This document shows positions 1-11,000 of a stretch of 64,000 nucleotides of DNA, one piece after another (position 1 is the first letter of the stretch; each line of letters begins with the position of its first letter). Origin of the DNA: Bdellovibrionales bacterium RIFOXYD12_FULL_39_22 (GTDB lineage: Bacteria > Bdellovibrionota > Bacteriovoracia > Bacteriovoracales > Bacteriovoracaceae); NCBI GenBank assembly GCA_001770205.1, contig MEQL01000060.1, forward strand, positions 1-64,000. The letters are read 5' to 3'. Under the pieces are notes generated by a model. It searched no databases and was not told the origin of the DNA. It was given only the letters and a program-made list of their open reading frames with translations. Made by a program: the position numbers and the translations under genes.

Positions 1-380
1 CTAAAAGAAGAGATCCTTCACCGGCCAACCTCGTATCTGCTTAAGCAAGTTCTTACATAGTTAGTGAAAGTTATTGATACATAAGCTCAGGGTAATGCAA
101 AATTGAGTGCAATAATACAGAAATTCTAGGATGGCAGTAATTCTTTCCGCCGTGTAAAATTTTTTTACAATCAATAATAACGGGTAACTACTCAGGTCCG
201 CACCAGGCGATTTGTGGTCCTCTGGGTAGTTACGATACGTCATAATCGGCCAGAATTTAGACACCGCTGTATTTTGTACAACCAAAATAGAAAAATCTGA
301 TCATAATTATTTCCTTTGCTAAAATCTTTCCTGACAGATGCTTTACCTGCCAAAGGGACATGGGAATTGGATAATTTTTT

Positions 381-1616
381 ATGAAGATAAGTTTAGGCTA
401 CATGATATACATCCTCTTAGCTTTTGTTTCAATTGGCAGCAACGCTGAGACCGGAATCGTAACTAAAAGTTACGAACATCACCTCAACGGCAATCTCTCC
501 GAGTTCTGGGCACAGGAGTATACAGGTGCAGACCTTCTGAGGGATGAATTAGACAATTTTCAGACAAAAAGAATTGATCATTTGGTTGCAGTGGTCGATT
601 CAGCCAAGGGCCATGGAGAGTGGGTGAAAAGCCTAATCTCGAATTCACGCGCTGGAGCAGCATTGAAAGATATCAGTATTACTTCGTTTGGTAATGGCCA
701 CTACGATGATTTACAATCGATTTATGAATCCAACACAAAGTTTCTGTATCTCAATCAATCGTTCCAATGGCGAATGGATGCGACGGACTATGAGTTTTAT
801 GAACTCGCAAAACTTCTATCTGGACGAGGAACCATTATCATCACCTCCGCAGGAAATAACTATCGAAACCAGAAACTTGTTGATGATATGAAGCGGGCAG
901 CAGCAAGGGAATCCTCAGTATTCATAGTTGCGGCCATGGATGAGACAGGAAGCAAAGATGTTGATTCTCAAGTCGCAGACGAAGTACTTGTTTCTGCCCC
1001 TGGTGGACATTTTGTTAGAAGTTATATTAACGATTCACTAAAAAGTGTGGATGGTGCAATGACAAGTGCGGCCACACCACAAGTTACAAGCGCCATGGCC
1101 GCGTTTACAGAAATCACTGGTTACCAACCAACAAAGCGCGAAATTCAATCTATTTTCAAGAAAACTTCTCTAAAATTACGCTATGACGACAATTTTGTTG
1201 GCAAACTAGGTTACGGGCTGTTGAATACCTATAAAATAGGTAGTGTAGCATTAAAAATCAGTGCCTATTGTGATAATAAAGTCAAGGGATGCGCTGGAAT
1301 GGCACTCGCCGATGATGCATTTTTTACTTTTCCTAAAATTAATCTCGAAAGGATATATTCGTCTTGGCCTGAATGTTCACCATTAAAATATTCCCAATCA
1401 AGTCAGTTAAACAAAATAGTTGAACTCAATATTGATGCTAAAGCTGAAAAGATCAGAAAACTTCGAGAATTGAGATCCTCCCTATTACTTAATCCATATC
1501 AATCAGAAGGCTGGATGTTGCTAGCATGTATTTATGAAAGCGAAGGTTTTGAAATAAACGCTCAATATTATAAAAATTTGTCCAATGTATATATTCATGA
1601 GTCTGAACTGGAATGA
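381..1616 (+). CDS. Secreted S8 (subtilisin-like) serine peptidase
   Basis: N-terminal signal peptide; triad-like motifs VAVVDS (Asp), GHGEWV (His), MTSAATP (Ser) and oxyanion SAGN; GYGLLN motif after the catalytic domain. Confidence 0.8.
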   Translation: MKISLGYMIYILLAFVSIGSNAETGIVTKSYEHHLNGNLSEFWAQEYTGADLLRDELDNFQTKRIDHLVAVVDSAKGHGEWVKSLISNSRAGAALKDISITSFGNGHYDDLQSIYESNTKFLYLNQSFQWRMDATDYEFYELAKLLSGRGTIIITSAGNNYRNQKLVDDMKRAAARESSVFIVAAMDETGSKDVDSQVADEVLVSAPGGHFVRSYINDSLKSVDGAMTSAATPQVTSAMAAFTEITGYQPTKREIQSIFKKTSLKLRYDDNFVGKLGYGLLNTYKIGSVALKISAYCDNKVKGCAGMALADDAFFTFPKINLERIYSSWPECSPLKYSQSSQLNKIVELNIDAKAEKIRKLRELRSSLLLNPYQSEGWMLLACIYESEGFEINAQYYKNLSNVYIHESELE

Positions 1617-1661
1617 ATCCCTGGGATTGACCTAATATTAAATTGGGAATAAAAATCCATG

Positions 1662-2525
1662 TTAATAAGACGGAACCGGCCTATTTAGTTTTACGAAAGT
1701 AATATTGCGCAATTCTAAAATAAGTTCCTGTCCCTTAATGGAAAAGGCCTGGGCATCAAAAGTGGTACTAGAGAGACGTTTGACTCGCACATAGATTTCA
1801 TCTACTTCTTTTTTTAAGCGTAAATCTAAAAAGCAATAATCAAGAGAAATAGGAAGTAAAAAACAGTTATCATATTGAATGGAGTATAAGGAACACAATT
1901 GCAAGATACCATCCAGTAAAACTGGATTTAAAATTAAACGATCTAACTTTTCTTCTCCCACATATTGCAGATCTTTATTAAAATCGTACTGCCGGGCCAG
2001 ACCTTCTTTCTCATTAAAACGCATAATCTCAAATCTATTTTGAAAGTGCGGCCCATGCGGAAAAAAATCACGATATAAAATTTCAGAATTTATTATCCTC
2101 TCTGGCCGGTCAGGTATTTCTGAAATACTTATCGGATCTCGAGAAAATCCACGGGCCAACTCCCGAAAAGATAATTCACCCTCGATATGAACTAATTGCA
2201 TTGCCTCATCAGTAATCTGAATCTTAAAACTATCTTGGCGATCTTGCTTTTCTGTCAAAAGTTCTTCGACTTTTATCTTTATAATTTTAGGTCGATCCTT
2301 TCTTAAGGCAATAGGATTTTGAATTTTAAAATCGGAAAAAAGGATTCTGCCAGGAACAGTTTTTAGATCCATACACACCTGACAAAAAAACTCCATTCCC
2401 ATGACAAAGGGAAAATAGGGAATAGTCCCGAAGCGATGGCCATCTAAATATTTATCTGTTTCCACTGAAAGTTTTTTCTCATAGATGTGATATTTTTGAA
2501 ATCCTAAACGCTCTCTGCTCACCAC
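1662..2525 (-). CDS. Stand-alone polyketide synthase-type dehydratase (double hotdog)
   Basis: YLDGHRFGTIPYFP (HxxxGxxxxP), HGPHFQ (YGPxFQ-like) and NPVLLDGILQ (HPALLD-like) motifs; GTG start after AGGA. Confidence 0.8.
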   Translation of the reverse strand: MVSRERLGFQKYHIYEKKLSVETDKYLDGHRFGTIPYFPFVMGMEFFCQVCMDLKTVPGRILFSDFKIQNPIALRKDRPKIIKIKVEELLTEKQDRQDSFKIQITDEAMQLVHIEGELSFRELARGFSRDPISISEIPDRPERIINSEILYRDFFPHGPHFQNRFEIMRFNEKEGLARQYDFNKDLQYVGEEKLDRLILNPVLLDGILQLCSLYSIQYDNCFLLPISLDYCFLDLRLKKEVDEIYVRVKRLSSTTFDAQAFSIKGQELILELRNITFVKLNRPVPSY

Positions 2526-2663
2526 TTCTTCCTTCTTCTTGCTTCTTCTTGCTTAATTTTTCATCTTTCATTACATGACTACTTCTATATCAATTCTTAC
2601 CTATTCTACCATATTTGGCAAATTACCCCTATACTGTATAGCAACAGAGCAAGAGGAACTTTT

Positions 2664-3971
2664 ATGGCCTTCGATAATGAACGAGTGGTTATCACCGGAC
2701 TAGGCGTGGTGGCCCCCAATGCCATTGGGGTAAATGATTTTGCCCAGGCACTATACCAAGGACGCTCCGGCATTTCCGCCATTGCCCTAATGCAAGAACG
2801 AGGATTTCGTTGTCAGGTTGGTGGCAAAGTTGTCATAGATGAAAAATATATTTTGTCAAAAATAAATAAATCCCTCCTTGATAGAATGAGTGAGGCCATG
2901 CTCTATTCTTTACTGGCATCCATTGAGTGTTATCAAGATGCTGGATACGCTTTTGATCCGCTTAATCCCACCACCTCCCTCTCTTCCACTTCCCCTAATT
3001 GGGAGATGGGGGCAATCATTGGCAATACCAACAACGGAATGGAGTATCTCTTTAATACCGTAGTTCCTTCATTTGAAAAAAAGGAAATTAAACGAATGGG
3101 CATCGCCGCTATTGAAAAAACTATGACGAGCGGGGTCAGTGCTAAGGTTGCCGGCATTTTAGGCCTGGGAAACAAAGTATCCACAAACAGCAGTGCTTGT
3201 AGCACCGGCACCGATGCTATTATTGATGGTTTTTTTCATATTAAAAGCGGCCGCGCCACGGCCATGCTCTGCGGAGGAGCTGAAGGTGGTGCTCCATATC
3301 AATGGAGTGGTTTTGATGCTATGAGACTCATCAATAGTAAATTCAATGATGCTCCGACTAAAAGCTCTAGGCCTTTTAGTGAATCCTCCAATACTTTTAT
3401 TCCAGGAGAAGGGGCGGGGATTGTGATGTTAGAATCTTTGGCCTCTGCCAAAAAACGTCAGGCAAAAATTTATGCAGAAATTCTCTCTGGTGTTTCTAAT
3501 TGCGGAGCACAGCGAGAAGGTGGCAGTATGACCGCTCCTAACAGTAATGCCATTGTTCGGGCCATCAAAGAGGCACTAGCTCAGGCCAATATTTCATCTG
3601 AAAAAATTGACTATATAAATGGCCATCTCACCGGCACTTTTGGAGATACTTTAGAGATGGCCAATTGGCAAAAGGCCTTGGGACTTTCTTTTGCTGATTT
3701 CCCCTATATTAACGGCACCAAAGCACTCATTGGCCACGCTCTAAGTGCTGCCGGCGCCATAGAGACCGTGGCCACTATTGTTCAGATGCAACGAGGATTT
3801 ATTCATCCGGCCATCAATAGTGAAGATCTATATCCAGAACTTGCCTCACTGCGCACAAAAATTCCACTAACAACATTGGAGACTAAGATTGAGTATGCTA
3901 TCAAAGCATCCTTTGGTTTTGGTGATGTTAACGCAATTTTACTTTTAAAAAACTGGAGGAAGGATGTGTAA
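2664..3971 (+). CDS. fabF: Beta-ketoacyl-ACP synthase, FabF-like
   Basis: RVVITGLG start, SSACSTG (catalytic Cys), NGHLTGT and KALIGHALSAAG (two His), SFGFG end; GAGG RBS. Confidence 0.9.
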   Translation: MAFDNERVVITGLGVVAPNAIGVNDFAQALYQGRSGISAIALMQERGFRCQVGGKVVIDEKYILSKINKSLLDRMSEAMLYSLLASIECYQDAGYAFDPLNPTTSLSSTSPNWEMGAIIGNTNNGMEYLFNTVVPSFEKKEIKRMGIAAIEKTMTSGVSAKVAGILGLGNKVSTNSSACSTGTDAIIDGFFHIKSGRATAMLCGGAEGGAPYQWSGFDAMRLINSKFNDAPTKSSRPFSESSNTFIPGEGAGIVMLESLASAKKRQAKIYAEILSGVSNCGAQREGGSMTAPNSNAIVRAIKEALAQANISSEKIDYINGHLTGTFGDTLEMANWQKALGLSFADFPYINGTKALIGHALSAAGAIETVATIVQMQRGFIHPAINSEDLYPELASLRTKIPLTTLETKIEYAIKASFGFGDVNAILLLKNWRKDV

Positions 3972-4737
3972 GTTTAAAGTAGTTACAAAAATAGTAATAT
4001 TAATTTTTCTTCCGCTTGTTACACTCAGTGCCATATCTGATAATCTTGACGGAAAGGCCATTGCCACTCGGGCCTATCACGTGGAAGACGGAAAGGATCT
4101 TAAGGCAAAAGTTAGTATGACTATTTTTGAGAATAAAAAAGAGAGCAAGACTCGCAGTTTGGAACTTTTCAGAATTGATGACAATCAAAATGATCGAGTA
4201 CTAATTCGCGTTTGCATGCCTCAGCTTTTAAAGGGGACTACTTTTTTGGCCTGGAATAATCAGAATAAGGCCTCTGATCTTTGGATCTATCTCCCATCAA
4301 AAAAAATGTCCAGAAGAATTGCCGAAAGTGCTAAATATCAAAGTTTCGTGGCAAGCGATTATACCTACGATGATTTAAGCAAAATAAGTCTAACGGAAAA
4401 TAGCTTTCGCCGTCTTCCAGACAGTGGCGGATTCTTTAGTGTAGAAGTAATTCCTAATAAAACTGATTCTTTTAGCAAAAAAATTGCGCTAGTTCGAAAA
4501 GACAACTTCATCGTAGAAAAAATAACTTTCTATGATAAGCAAAATAATCCTTTCAAAATTTACAAAACCTTGGAGTTAAAAAATATTCAAGGAATTTGGA
4601 CTATAGCAAAAAGCTCTTTGAGTGATTTAAAAAACAACTCCGAAACTATATTGGTATTGGAAAAAATTGAATATAACTCCAATCTTAGCAAATCATTTTT
4701 TAACTCCAACAATCTGGAGAGAGCTTGCAGTTTATAA
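3964..4737 (+). CDS. Outer membrane lipoprotein-sorting (LolA-like) protein
   Basis: Signal peptide; GTTFL...WIYLPS..RRI...SFVASDYTYDDL pattern of the LolA-like family; overlaps the ketosynthase stop. Confidence 0.85.
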   Translation: MCKFKVVTKIVILIFLPLVTLSAISDNLDGKAIATRAYHVEDGKDLKAKVSMTIFENKKESKTRSLELFRIDDNQNDRVLIRVCMPQLLKGTTFLAWNNQNKASDLWIYLPSKKMSRRIAESAKYQSFVASDYTYDDLSKISLTENSFRRLPDSGGFFSVEVIPNKTDSFSKKIALVRKDNFIVEKITFYDKQNNPFKIYKTLELKNIQGIWTIAKSSLSDLKNNSETILVLEKIEYNSNLSKSFFNSNNLERACSL

Positions 4738-5942
4738 GAGAGATACTTTTTATAATCGCTCTGATAGTTCTGACGCAGCACCTTTTTGCTGCCGACTTCA
4801 GTGGCAAGTATAGTTTTGACGGCGCGGCCAACAAAGAGCCTATGCTTCAACAAAACCAACTGCAGGCCAATGGAAATTACTCTTTTTCTATGTTTGAATC
4901 AAAGGCCGCACTAAGACTTAAGCATGATTTTATTTTGGCCAATGATACCGAAATGGAATTTTCCATAGAAGAACTTTTCATTGTAATGGCCCCTAATGAA
5001 CTTATAAAAATTACTGCAGGAAAAAAGCTTACTTTCTTTAGTAAGACGGATGAGATAAACCCGCTGGATTTTGCCACTCCTGAAGATTACAGTTATTTTC
5101 TTCACTTCGACAAGGCCCAACGGGCCATGGCAAATAACTTGTTACAAATCGATCTCTTACTGACAGACACTGCGAATCTATCTTTTTTCTATTTCCCAGA
5201 GCATAAAAAAAACAAACTACCTGCGGCAGAGTCACAATGGTCCACCAACACTCAATGGGATCTTTCTCGTTATCAAATCATTCAAGATGAAAACGGACAA
5301 AAAGCTCAAACGGCGGCGATATTATCACTAGTGGATTTTTTTGGCGATTGGTCCGTAGTGGCCTTTTATGGCCAACCGCTGCTTCCTCAATATGAAAAAG
5401 TTTTAGTACTATCACCCACACCATCTATTTATTTTAAAGAATCAACCGAGCGCCATTTTGCATCTGGTTTTTCCTGGGCCCATGCCACTTCCTTTTTTAC
5501 CTTTCGTTTTGAGTATGCTTACCACACTAATAATTCATATATTGCTGATGAGGCTTATCTCAATTTACCAAGGCCATATTATCAAACCGTGGGAGCTATC
5601 GAGTATTTGGCAGAAAGTGGATTTGCCTGTAACCTGCAATATGTTAGAGAAGAAATCATTGATTATGATATAGTAATTTCCCAAAAGCAGATTGTTGATT
5701 TTTTCACTCTACAACTATCTGATTCCCTGGCCATCGATGAACTGCTTTATAAATTTCGCTTTGCTCTCCCGGCAACCAGCAATGAAGGATTTTATGGAAA
5801 ACTACTTTTGGAATATAGCGTAGGTGATCACTACCTTATAAGTGGTGGATACGCTTTTTTTACGGGAGAAGGATTGGACGGACTTTTTTCCCAATATAAA
5901 AATAACAGTTATCTCTTTGCCCATTTAAGCGCTAATTTATAG
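4725..5942 (+). CDS. Putative outer-membrane beta-barrel protein (DUF1302-like partner of LolA-like protein)
   Basis: Signal peptide, amphipathic beta pattern, GKK..F...D.INP.D motif, G.FSQY.NNS near the C-terminus; coupled to the LolA-like gene. Confidence 0.6.
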   Translation: MQFIREILFIIALIVLTQHLFAADFSGKYSFDGAANKEPMLQQNQLQANGNYSFSMFESKAALRLKHDFILANDTEMEFSIEELFIVMAPNELIKITAGKKLTFFSKTDEINPLDFATPEDYSYFLHFDKAQRAMANNLLQIDLLLTDTANLSFFYFPEHKKNKLPAAESQWSTNTQWDLSRYQIIQDENGQKAQTAAILSLVDFFGDWSVVAFYGQPLLPQYEKVLVLSPTPSIYFKESTERHFASGFSWAHATSFFTFRFEYAYHTNNSYIADEAYLNLPRPYYQTVGAIEYLAESGFACNLQYVREEIIDYDIVISQKQIVDFFTLQLSDSLAIDELLYKFRFALPATSNEGFYGKLLLEYSVGDHYLISGGYAFFTGEGLDGLFSQYKNNSYLFAHLSANL

Positions 5943-5949
5943 ACATGAA

Positions 5950-5978
5950 TTGACATTAATCCATCTCCTCGTTAGCAT
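5950..5978 (+). promoter_or_regulatory. Sigma70-type promoter, probably giving a leaderless mRNA
   Basis: TTGACA (5950-5955), 17 bp, TAGCAT (5973-5978), then 6 nt to ATG 5985 with no Shine-Dalgarno. Confidence 0.65.
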
Positions 5979-5984
5979 AAATAA

Positions 5985-6680
5985 ATGCAAAGACTAATTG
6001 TATTTATTTTTCCAATTATCCTACTAATTCAATCTCCTTCTCTGTGGGCGGAAGAAATTGATGAGCTTGAGCAACCAGCAGAATTAACTTCCGCGACAGA
6101 AGAAGAAAATCAACATGTCGAAGAGTTTAATAAAACCATGGATGGAGTACCCATTGAGGCAATTGAAATTTTCCCCAGCTCCACAAATCAAGAGTGTGCT
6201 TTTGGTTTTGTTATCTATCCCTTCTCCCCCTATTATCACGCCCTAGGAATAGATGGCAGCTACAACTATGCCTTCAGCAAAACATGGAGCTGGGAAGTAG
6301 TCTCCGGCTCCTATCTTTTTACGGTGGATAAAAGTCTATCGGCCGAATTGGCCGAAGACTTTGGTGTTAGTCCAAAGCGCATAGATAAACTAAACTCCGT
6401 CATCTCTAGCAATGTACGCTATGTTTCCGCTTTCGGAAAAACAGTCTTTTTAGAAAAATATATTCAATCATATCGCGGCGCCTTTCTTTTAGGTATTGGG
6501 AATGTGACCACCTCTTTGCATAGTAAACTGGCCATTCACTTTGGCCTACATTTTGATTTTTACGTAAACAAGAGATACTCCTGGAAAATGGAGCTAAGCG
6601 ACTATGTTGCTATTCCGGGAGGAAGTATTGATGATTTTAATTTTGTTTCTATAAAGGTATTAACCGGTATTCATTTTTAA
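5985..6680 (+). CDS. Outer-membrane beta-barrel protein, GltA/GltB-like
   Basis: Signal peptide, PFSPYY motif, alternating beta strands, C-terminal Phe; first gene before GltC/GltD-like genes. Confidence 0.65.
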   Translation: MQRLIVFIFPIILLIQSPSLWAEEIDELEQPAELTSATEEENQHVEEFNKTMDGVPIEAIEIFPSSTNQECAFGFVIYPFSPYYHALGIDGSYNYAFSKTWSWEVVSGSYLFTVDKSLSAELAEDFGVSPKRIDKLNSVISSNVRYVSAFGKTVFLEKYIQSYRGAFLLGIGNVTTSLHSKLAIHFGLHFDFYVNKRYSWKMELSDYVAIPGGSIDDFNFVSIKVLTGIHF

Positions 6681-6691
6681 AAAATATTAAA

Positions 6692-8020
6692 ATGACTTTT
6701 TATAAAATTATTTTGACTTTAATCTTTCTCTTAATTTTTAGTAACTTCACATTAGCTGGAGTTCGCTGGGAAGGGAAAATTCCTCCTGCTGGGAAAGATA
6801 GCGCTAAATGGCATCAATTAATTGATGAACTCCTTAAACATCAACTATACTATGGTGCTCTGGCCGCCTCTTATCGCTCTCTAATGTTTTTTGAAGATAT
6901 TATTACCAAAGAAAAGGCCTATAAAACGATTACCATCCTGATCGATCGCGGTTATCCCTTTTCAACTAAAAAGTTATTCGAAACTGGCGATATCGATCCC
7001 CATTTAGATTATGAGCTAGTAAATGCCTACAACCTTTATAAGGCCATCGTTAATCAGGAAAAAAAGATGAATCGGTGGGCACAATTTTTCATGGATAAAA
7101 CTGATAAAGAAAAATATCCCAAATATAAATTCTTTCAAGCGTTAGAAGAGTATGGAAAAAAGAATTTAGATGTGGCCACCAAAATGCTCAGTGAGCTATT
7201 AACCGGACAATTCAAAATGGAGCAAGTTTCTTTTGCTACTAAAATTGCACGGACCCTGGCACGCATCTATTTTGAACAGGAAAAATACGATCGCGCTCTG
7301 GATATTTATGAAACTTTTTTAATAAAGCAAAACCCAGTAGTCCCTACCGATTGGCTCGAGACCGCTTGGTGCCACTACTATTTAAAAAATTATGATAAGG
7401 CCCTGGGTTATCTATATAATCTAGAATCTAAAGTTGCCTCCAATCCAGTGGTATTAGAAAAATATATTTTACGCGCGGCCATCTATATGGATGTCTGCGC
7501 CACCGACAGTGTAGAAAGTTTGATTAAAGAATTTACCACTAACTTTGGTACCGAGATAAATGGAATTATTAAGGGGAAAACACTAACTAATTTAAATACC
7601 TTAAGACAAATTTATCTGCCGAAGCATCAAGAATTTTTTCAGGCCAATATGACAATTGATCGCTTGCGCAAAGAGTTTCCTCTGCTTTCATCGATCGATG
7701 GAACGCTACTGCTCTTGGCCGAATACCTCTACAAATCTGAGTTGGCCATGCAAACCACGGCCATTAAATTTTATGAAGAGGATGCCATAAATGCTGCGGC
7801 AAATGAATTAATCATGCTTTCGGAATCTTTAAAATTTTTAAAATATGGCACTGCCAGAGAAAAATTTAATCCCTCCAACGTTTTTAAAGAAAAAGACTCT
7901 AGGATGCTGGGGGAAGAGATAGAAAATAACGATTTTATCCTGCGCTGGAGTCAAGCAGGAGATTTTTGGCGAGATGAGCGATATAAATATAAAGGAATTT
8001 TTAAATCACAATGCGACTGA
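6692..8020 (+). CDS. gltC: TPR protein, GltC-like (Agl-Glt machinery)
   Basis: Signal peptide; LETAWCHY...YDKALG.L..L.S...LRAAIY..C and C-terminal W...GDFWRDE..KY.....S.C signatures matching the GltC family as I know it. Confidence 0.7.
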   Translation: MTFYKIILTLIFLLIFSNFTLAGVRWEGKIPPAGKDSAKWHQLIDELLKHQLYYGALAASYRSLMFFEDIITKEKAYKTITILIDRGYPFSTKKLFETGDIDPHLDYELVNAYNLYKAIVNQEKKMNRWAQFFMDKTDKEKYPKYKFFQALEEYGKKNLDVATKMLSELLTGQFKMEQVSFATKIARTLARIYFEQEKYDRALDIYETFLIKQNPVVPTDWLETAWCHYYLKNYDKALGYLYNLESKVASNPVVLEKYILRAAIYMDVCATDSVESLIKEFTTNFGTEINGIIKGKTLTNLNTLRQIYLPKHQEFFQANMTIDRLRKEFPLLSSIDGTLLLLAEYLYKSELAMQTTAIKFYEEDAINAAANELIMLSESLKFLKYGTAREKFNPSNVFKEKDSRMLGEEIENNDFILRWSQAGDFWRDERYKYKGIFKSQCD

Positions 8021-11000
8021 TAACTCTTTTTATATTTTCTATTTTAATTACTATCACTATTTCGGCAACCGCCCAAGGAAAAAGTTCTGCCAAATCCACC
8101 AAGAGCGCTGCTGATGCTCAGCAAGAAAGCGATGCTGAATTTAAAAAAAATCTCTCCGAAATGTATCGACGAATAATTCGCTCCATCCAAGCACTTCGAG
8201 AGCAAATTGCCAGCAACCAAAACGTCCCCTTCCTCCCCAATTTATACTACCAACTGGCCGATTTACTCTCGCAAAAGGCCAATGTTGAATACTACATTCA
8301 AAAAGAAAACGAGGGATCGTATGATACCACCACTGCCAACGCAGGCAAACAATATAGTCAGGTAATTGTCTCAAAAAAAGAGGCCATCGATATTTATAAA
8401 AAAATCTTGGACGAATTTCCAAGCTTTGCTCAAAAAGCGGATACCATGTATGGACTAGCACTCACTCAATACTCCATTGATGAGTCTGCGGAATTTATTA
8501 ATAACACTAAAAAGCTAGTTGCCGCCTATCCAGGAAGTGAGCAGGCCATTCGCGGACAACTTCTAATGGGCCAATACTATTTTGATCAACGCATGTATCG
8601 CGAAGCAAGTACCTATCTAACAACTGTCTCTTCCGCCCCTTTTATTTATGAGCGAAATGTTGCTCGCTACCGCCTAGGCCTTTTGGCCTTAATTAATAGT
8701 CAATTCAAAGAATCACTCATGCGCTTTGAACAAGTAGTTACTGACGTAGATCTTAAGGAAAGCGATAGTCCTTTTGAAGTCTCTCTTAAGCAAAAAAGTG
8801 TAAAATCTAGTTTAAAAAGGGAAGCGCTTATTGATTCTATTCGCGCCTATACGGAAGTTTATCAACAGGACGCTACTCCTATTGAATACTACTCTCGCAT
8901 TGCCCCAACGGAGGCAATGTTTCAAGAGGTAATTGAAAAATTGGCCTATCGTTATATCTATTTAAAGCGATACAAATTTGCTATTAAAATTCTCCGCACC
9001 CTCAGCGAAAGAACCATCTTGCCTGAAAAAGTCATTAACGTTTATCAAGAAGTTCTTCTCATGATCCCTCTAGAGGACCGCATTGATCTACCGGTAGAAG
9101 AAATTCGCTATTTACTAGAAGTCTATAACCGTTGGCGATCTTTTTATGAAATCTCCGCTGAATTTCAAAAACAATCGTATAATTTTTTTGAAAAACAGGT
9201 ACGCGATCTTGGAACACGCGCCCACCTCTACATTAAGCAAAATGCCGGCAGTATCGCTGGAAGCAAGGGAAAATTAACGGCCGAAAAAGTTGACTACTAC
9301 ACTGAAAAGTCTATCGATTACTACAAGCTATATCTGAGTTTTTTTGGCAAATCTGAAAACGCAGTTAAAATTGCCACCAACCTTGCTGATGTCTATTTTC
9401 AAAAAAAACAGTATATGCAAAGCGGTGACTACTACCTACGCACCTACTTAGGCGAATTTGGAAAACCAATTGAAGCGAGAAAGTTAATTGAAAATGCGCT
9501 GCTTTGTTTGCAAAAAGATGCCGACTACTCTTTTTATGAATTACTGCGCGTCAAGGGCCTACTTATTCATGCACTGGAATCATATATGGCCATCGATGGA
9601 AGGTTTAAAAATGATCCAAAGCTTAATTTTATTTTAGTGAAAAGTGTCTATGAGCAAGGCCTCTATGAAGAGGCACTGGCCAGTTTTATTGAATTCATGA
9701 AAAGATTTCCTAAAACTAATTATGCGGTAGATGCTGGAGAATTAATCTTAGATTATTTTAATACTAAAAGCGATTATGATGGATTGGTTACTTGGGCATC
9801 CAAAATTTTAGATGCAAAAATTGCCAATAGCAAATTCAACAAGAAAGTAGCGGCCATCCAAAAGCAGGCCAGGTTAAAAAAATTACAATCACATGTTGAA
9901 TCTTCTACTGAATTTGATTCTTTCGCCCAAGGAAAAAGCTACTTGCAAACGGCCATGAATATTGAAGACTCCGCTTTGATGAATATTGCTTTGCAAAAAG
10001 CATTAAGTAACAGCAAAAAAGAAAAAGATATGGATACTTTTTTTGCAACTGCGAAAGTTTTAGCAGAAAAAGAGAGTGACCCCAATAAAAGGGCCGACAT
10101 TTTAATGTCGGTGGCACAAGAAAATTTACGCCTAACTAGATTTTTTGCGGCCTATGAAGCATACAAGGAAATTTACGACACTAGTAAAATACCGCTCAAA
10201 ACACGCACCAACGCTTATCTCCAGGTGGTTAGTATCGCTCTTAATCTTCGCGACTGGCCGCATTTGAATGAATTTCTAGGACACTCACTTAAATCCAAAA
10301 TATCGCGCAATATGCTTGTGGCCATAAGCGAGCAAGTCTCTGACTATCTCGATTCTCCTCATGAAGTCGAGGATACTATTTTAGAAGTTATTGAAAAGAT
10401 CGGCATGACTGATGCAATTTTACTCGGCATGTATAAAGCACAAGATCGACTAGGAAAAAGCGAGGCCAATAATACCATCGAAAAAACGGCCAAAATATGT
10501 AGCAAACGTATCAGTGGGGTACTCTGTGGCTGGAATCATTTGAAAAACCTTGATGAATTTAATCGCAAATTCATCTCTGCCATTTCCACCTCCTCCGCCA
10601 CCTTACCCAATATTGAAAAAAGTGCTGGGGCCTTTACTAAATTAATTGAAGGCCATTCCAAACTAGAACAAGCAAACGATCCTCATCTATCCATTATGGT
10701 TGCTATGCGACTTTCTGGCCTCTTTGCCGCCTTTGGTAATTTTTTAAAAAAGGGCTCGCTACTCAATCAAGAGGCACGACAAATTTTAATTCAAAAAGCA
10801 CAAGAAAGTATCAATACTGCCAATGGATATAAACAAAAATGCGCAAAGATCATAAATGCTACTGGTGCCGTAACTCCCGCGAATAAACTGTGTCTTTCTG
10901 GAAACTTTACGACAACTGATGACGGAAAATTTTGGAACGAATCAGCATTACAAGAAGGGGAAGTAGAAGAGATAAATCCTTCTAAATTTTCTACTCAGGA

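Noticed and set aside
1..60. Possible C-terminal end of an upstream + strand gene (LKEEILHRPTSYLLKQVLT*)
   Set aside because: Only 19 codons are visible and cannot be assigned
61..285. 74-aa - strand ORF and a weak hairpin near 189-228
   Set aside because: No RBS or recognisable motif; the stem is imperfect and matches no RNA family I recognise
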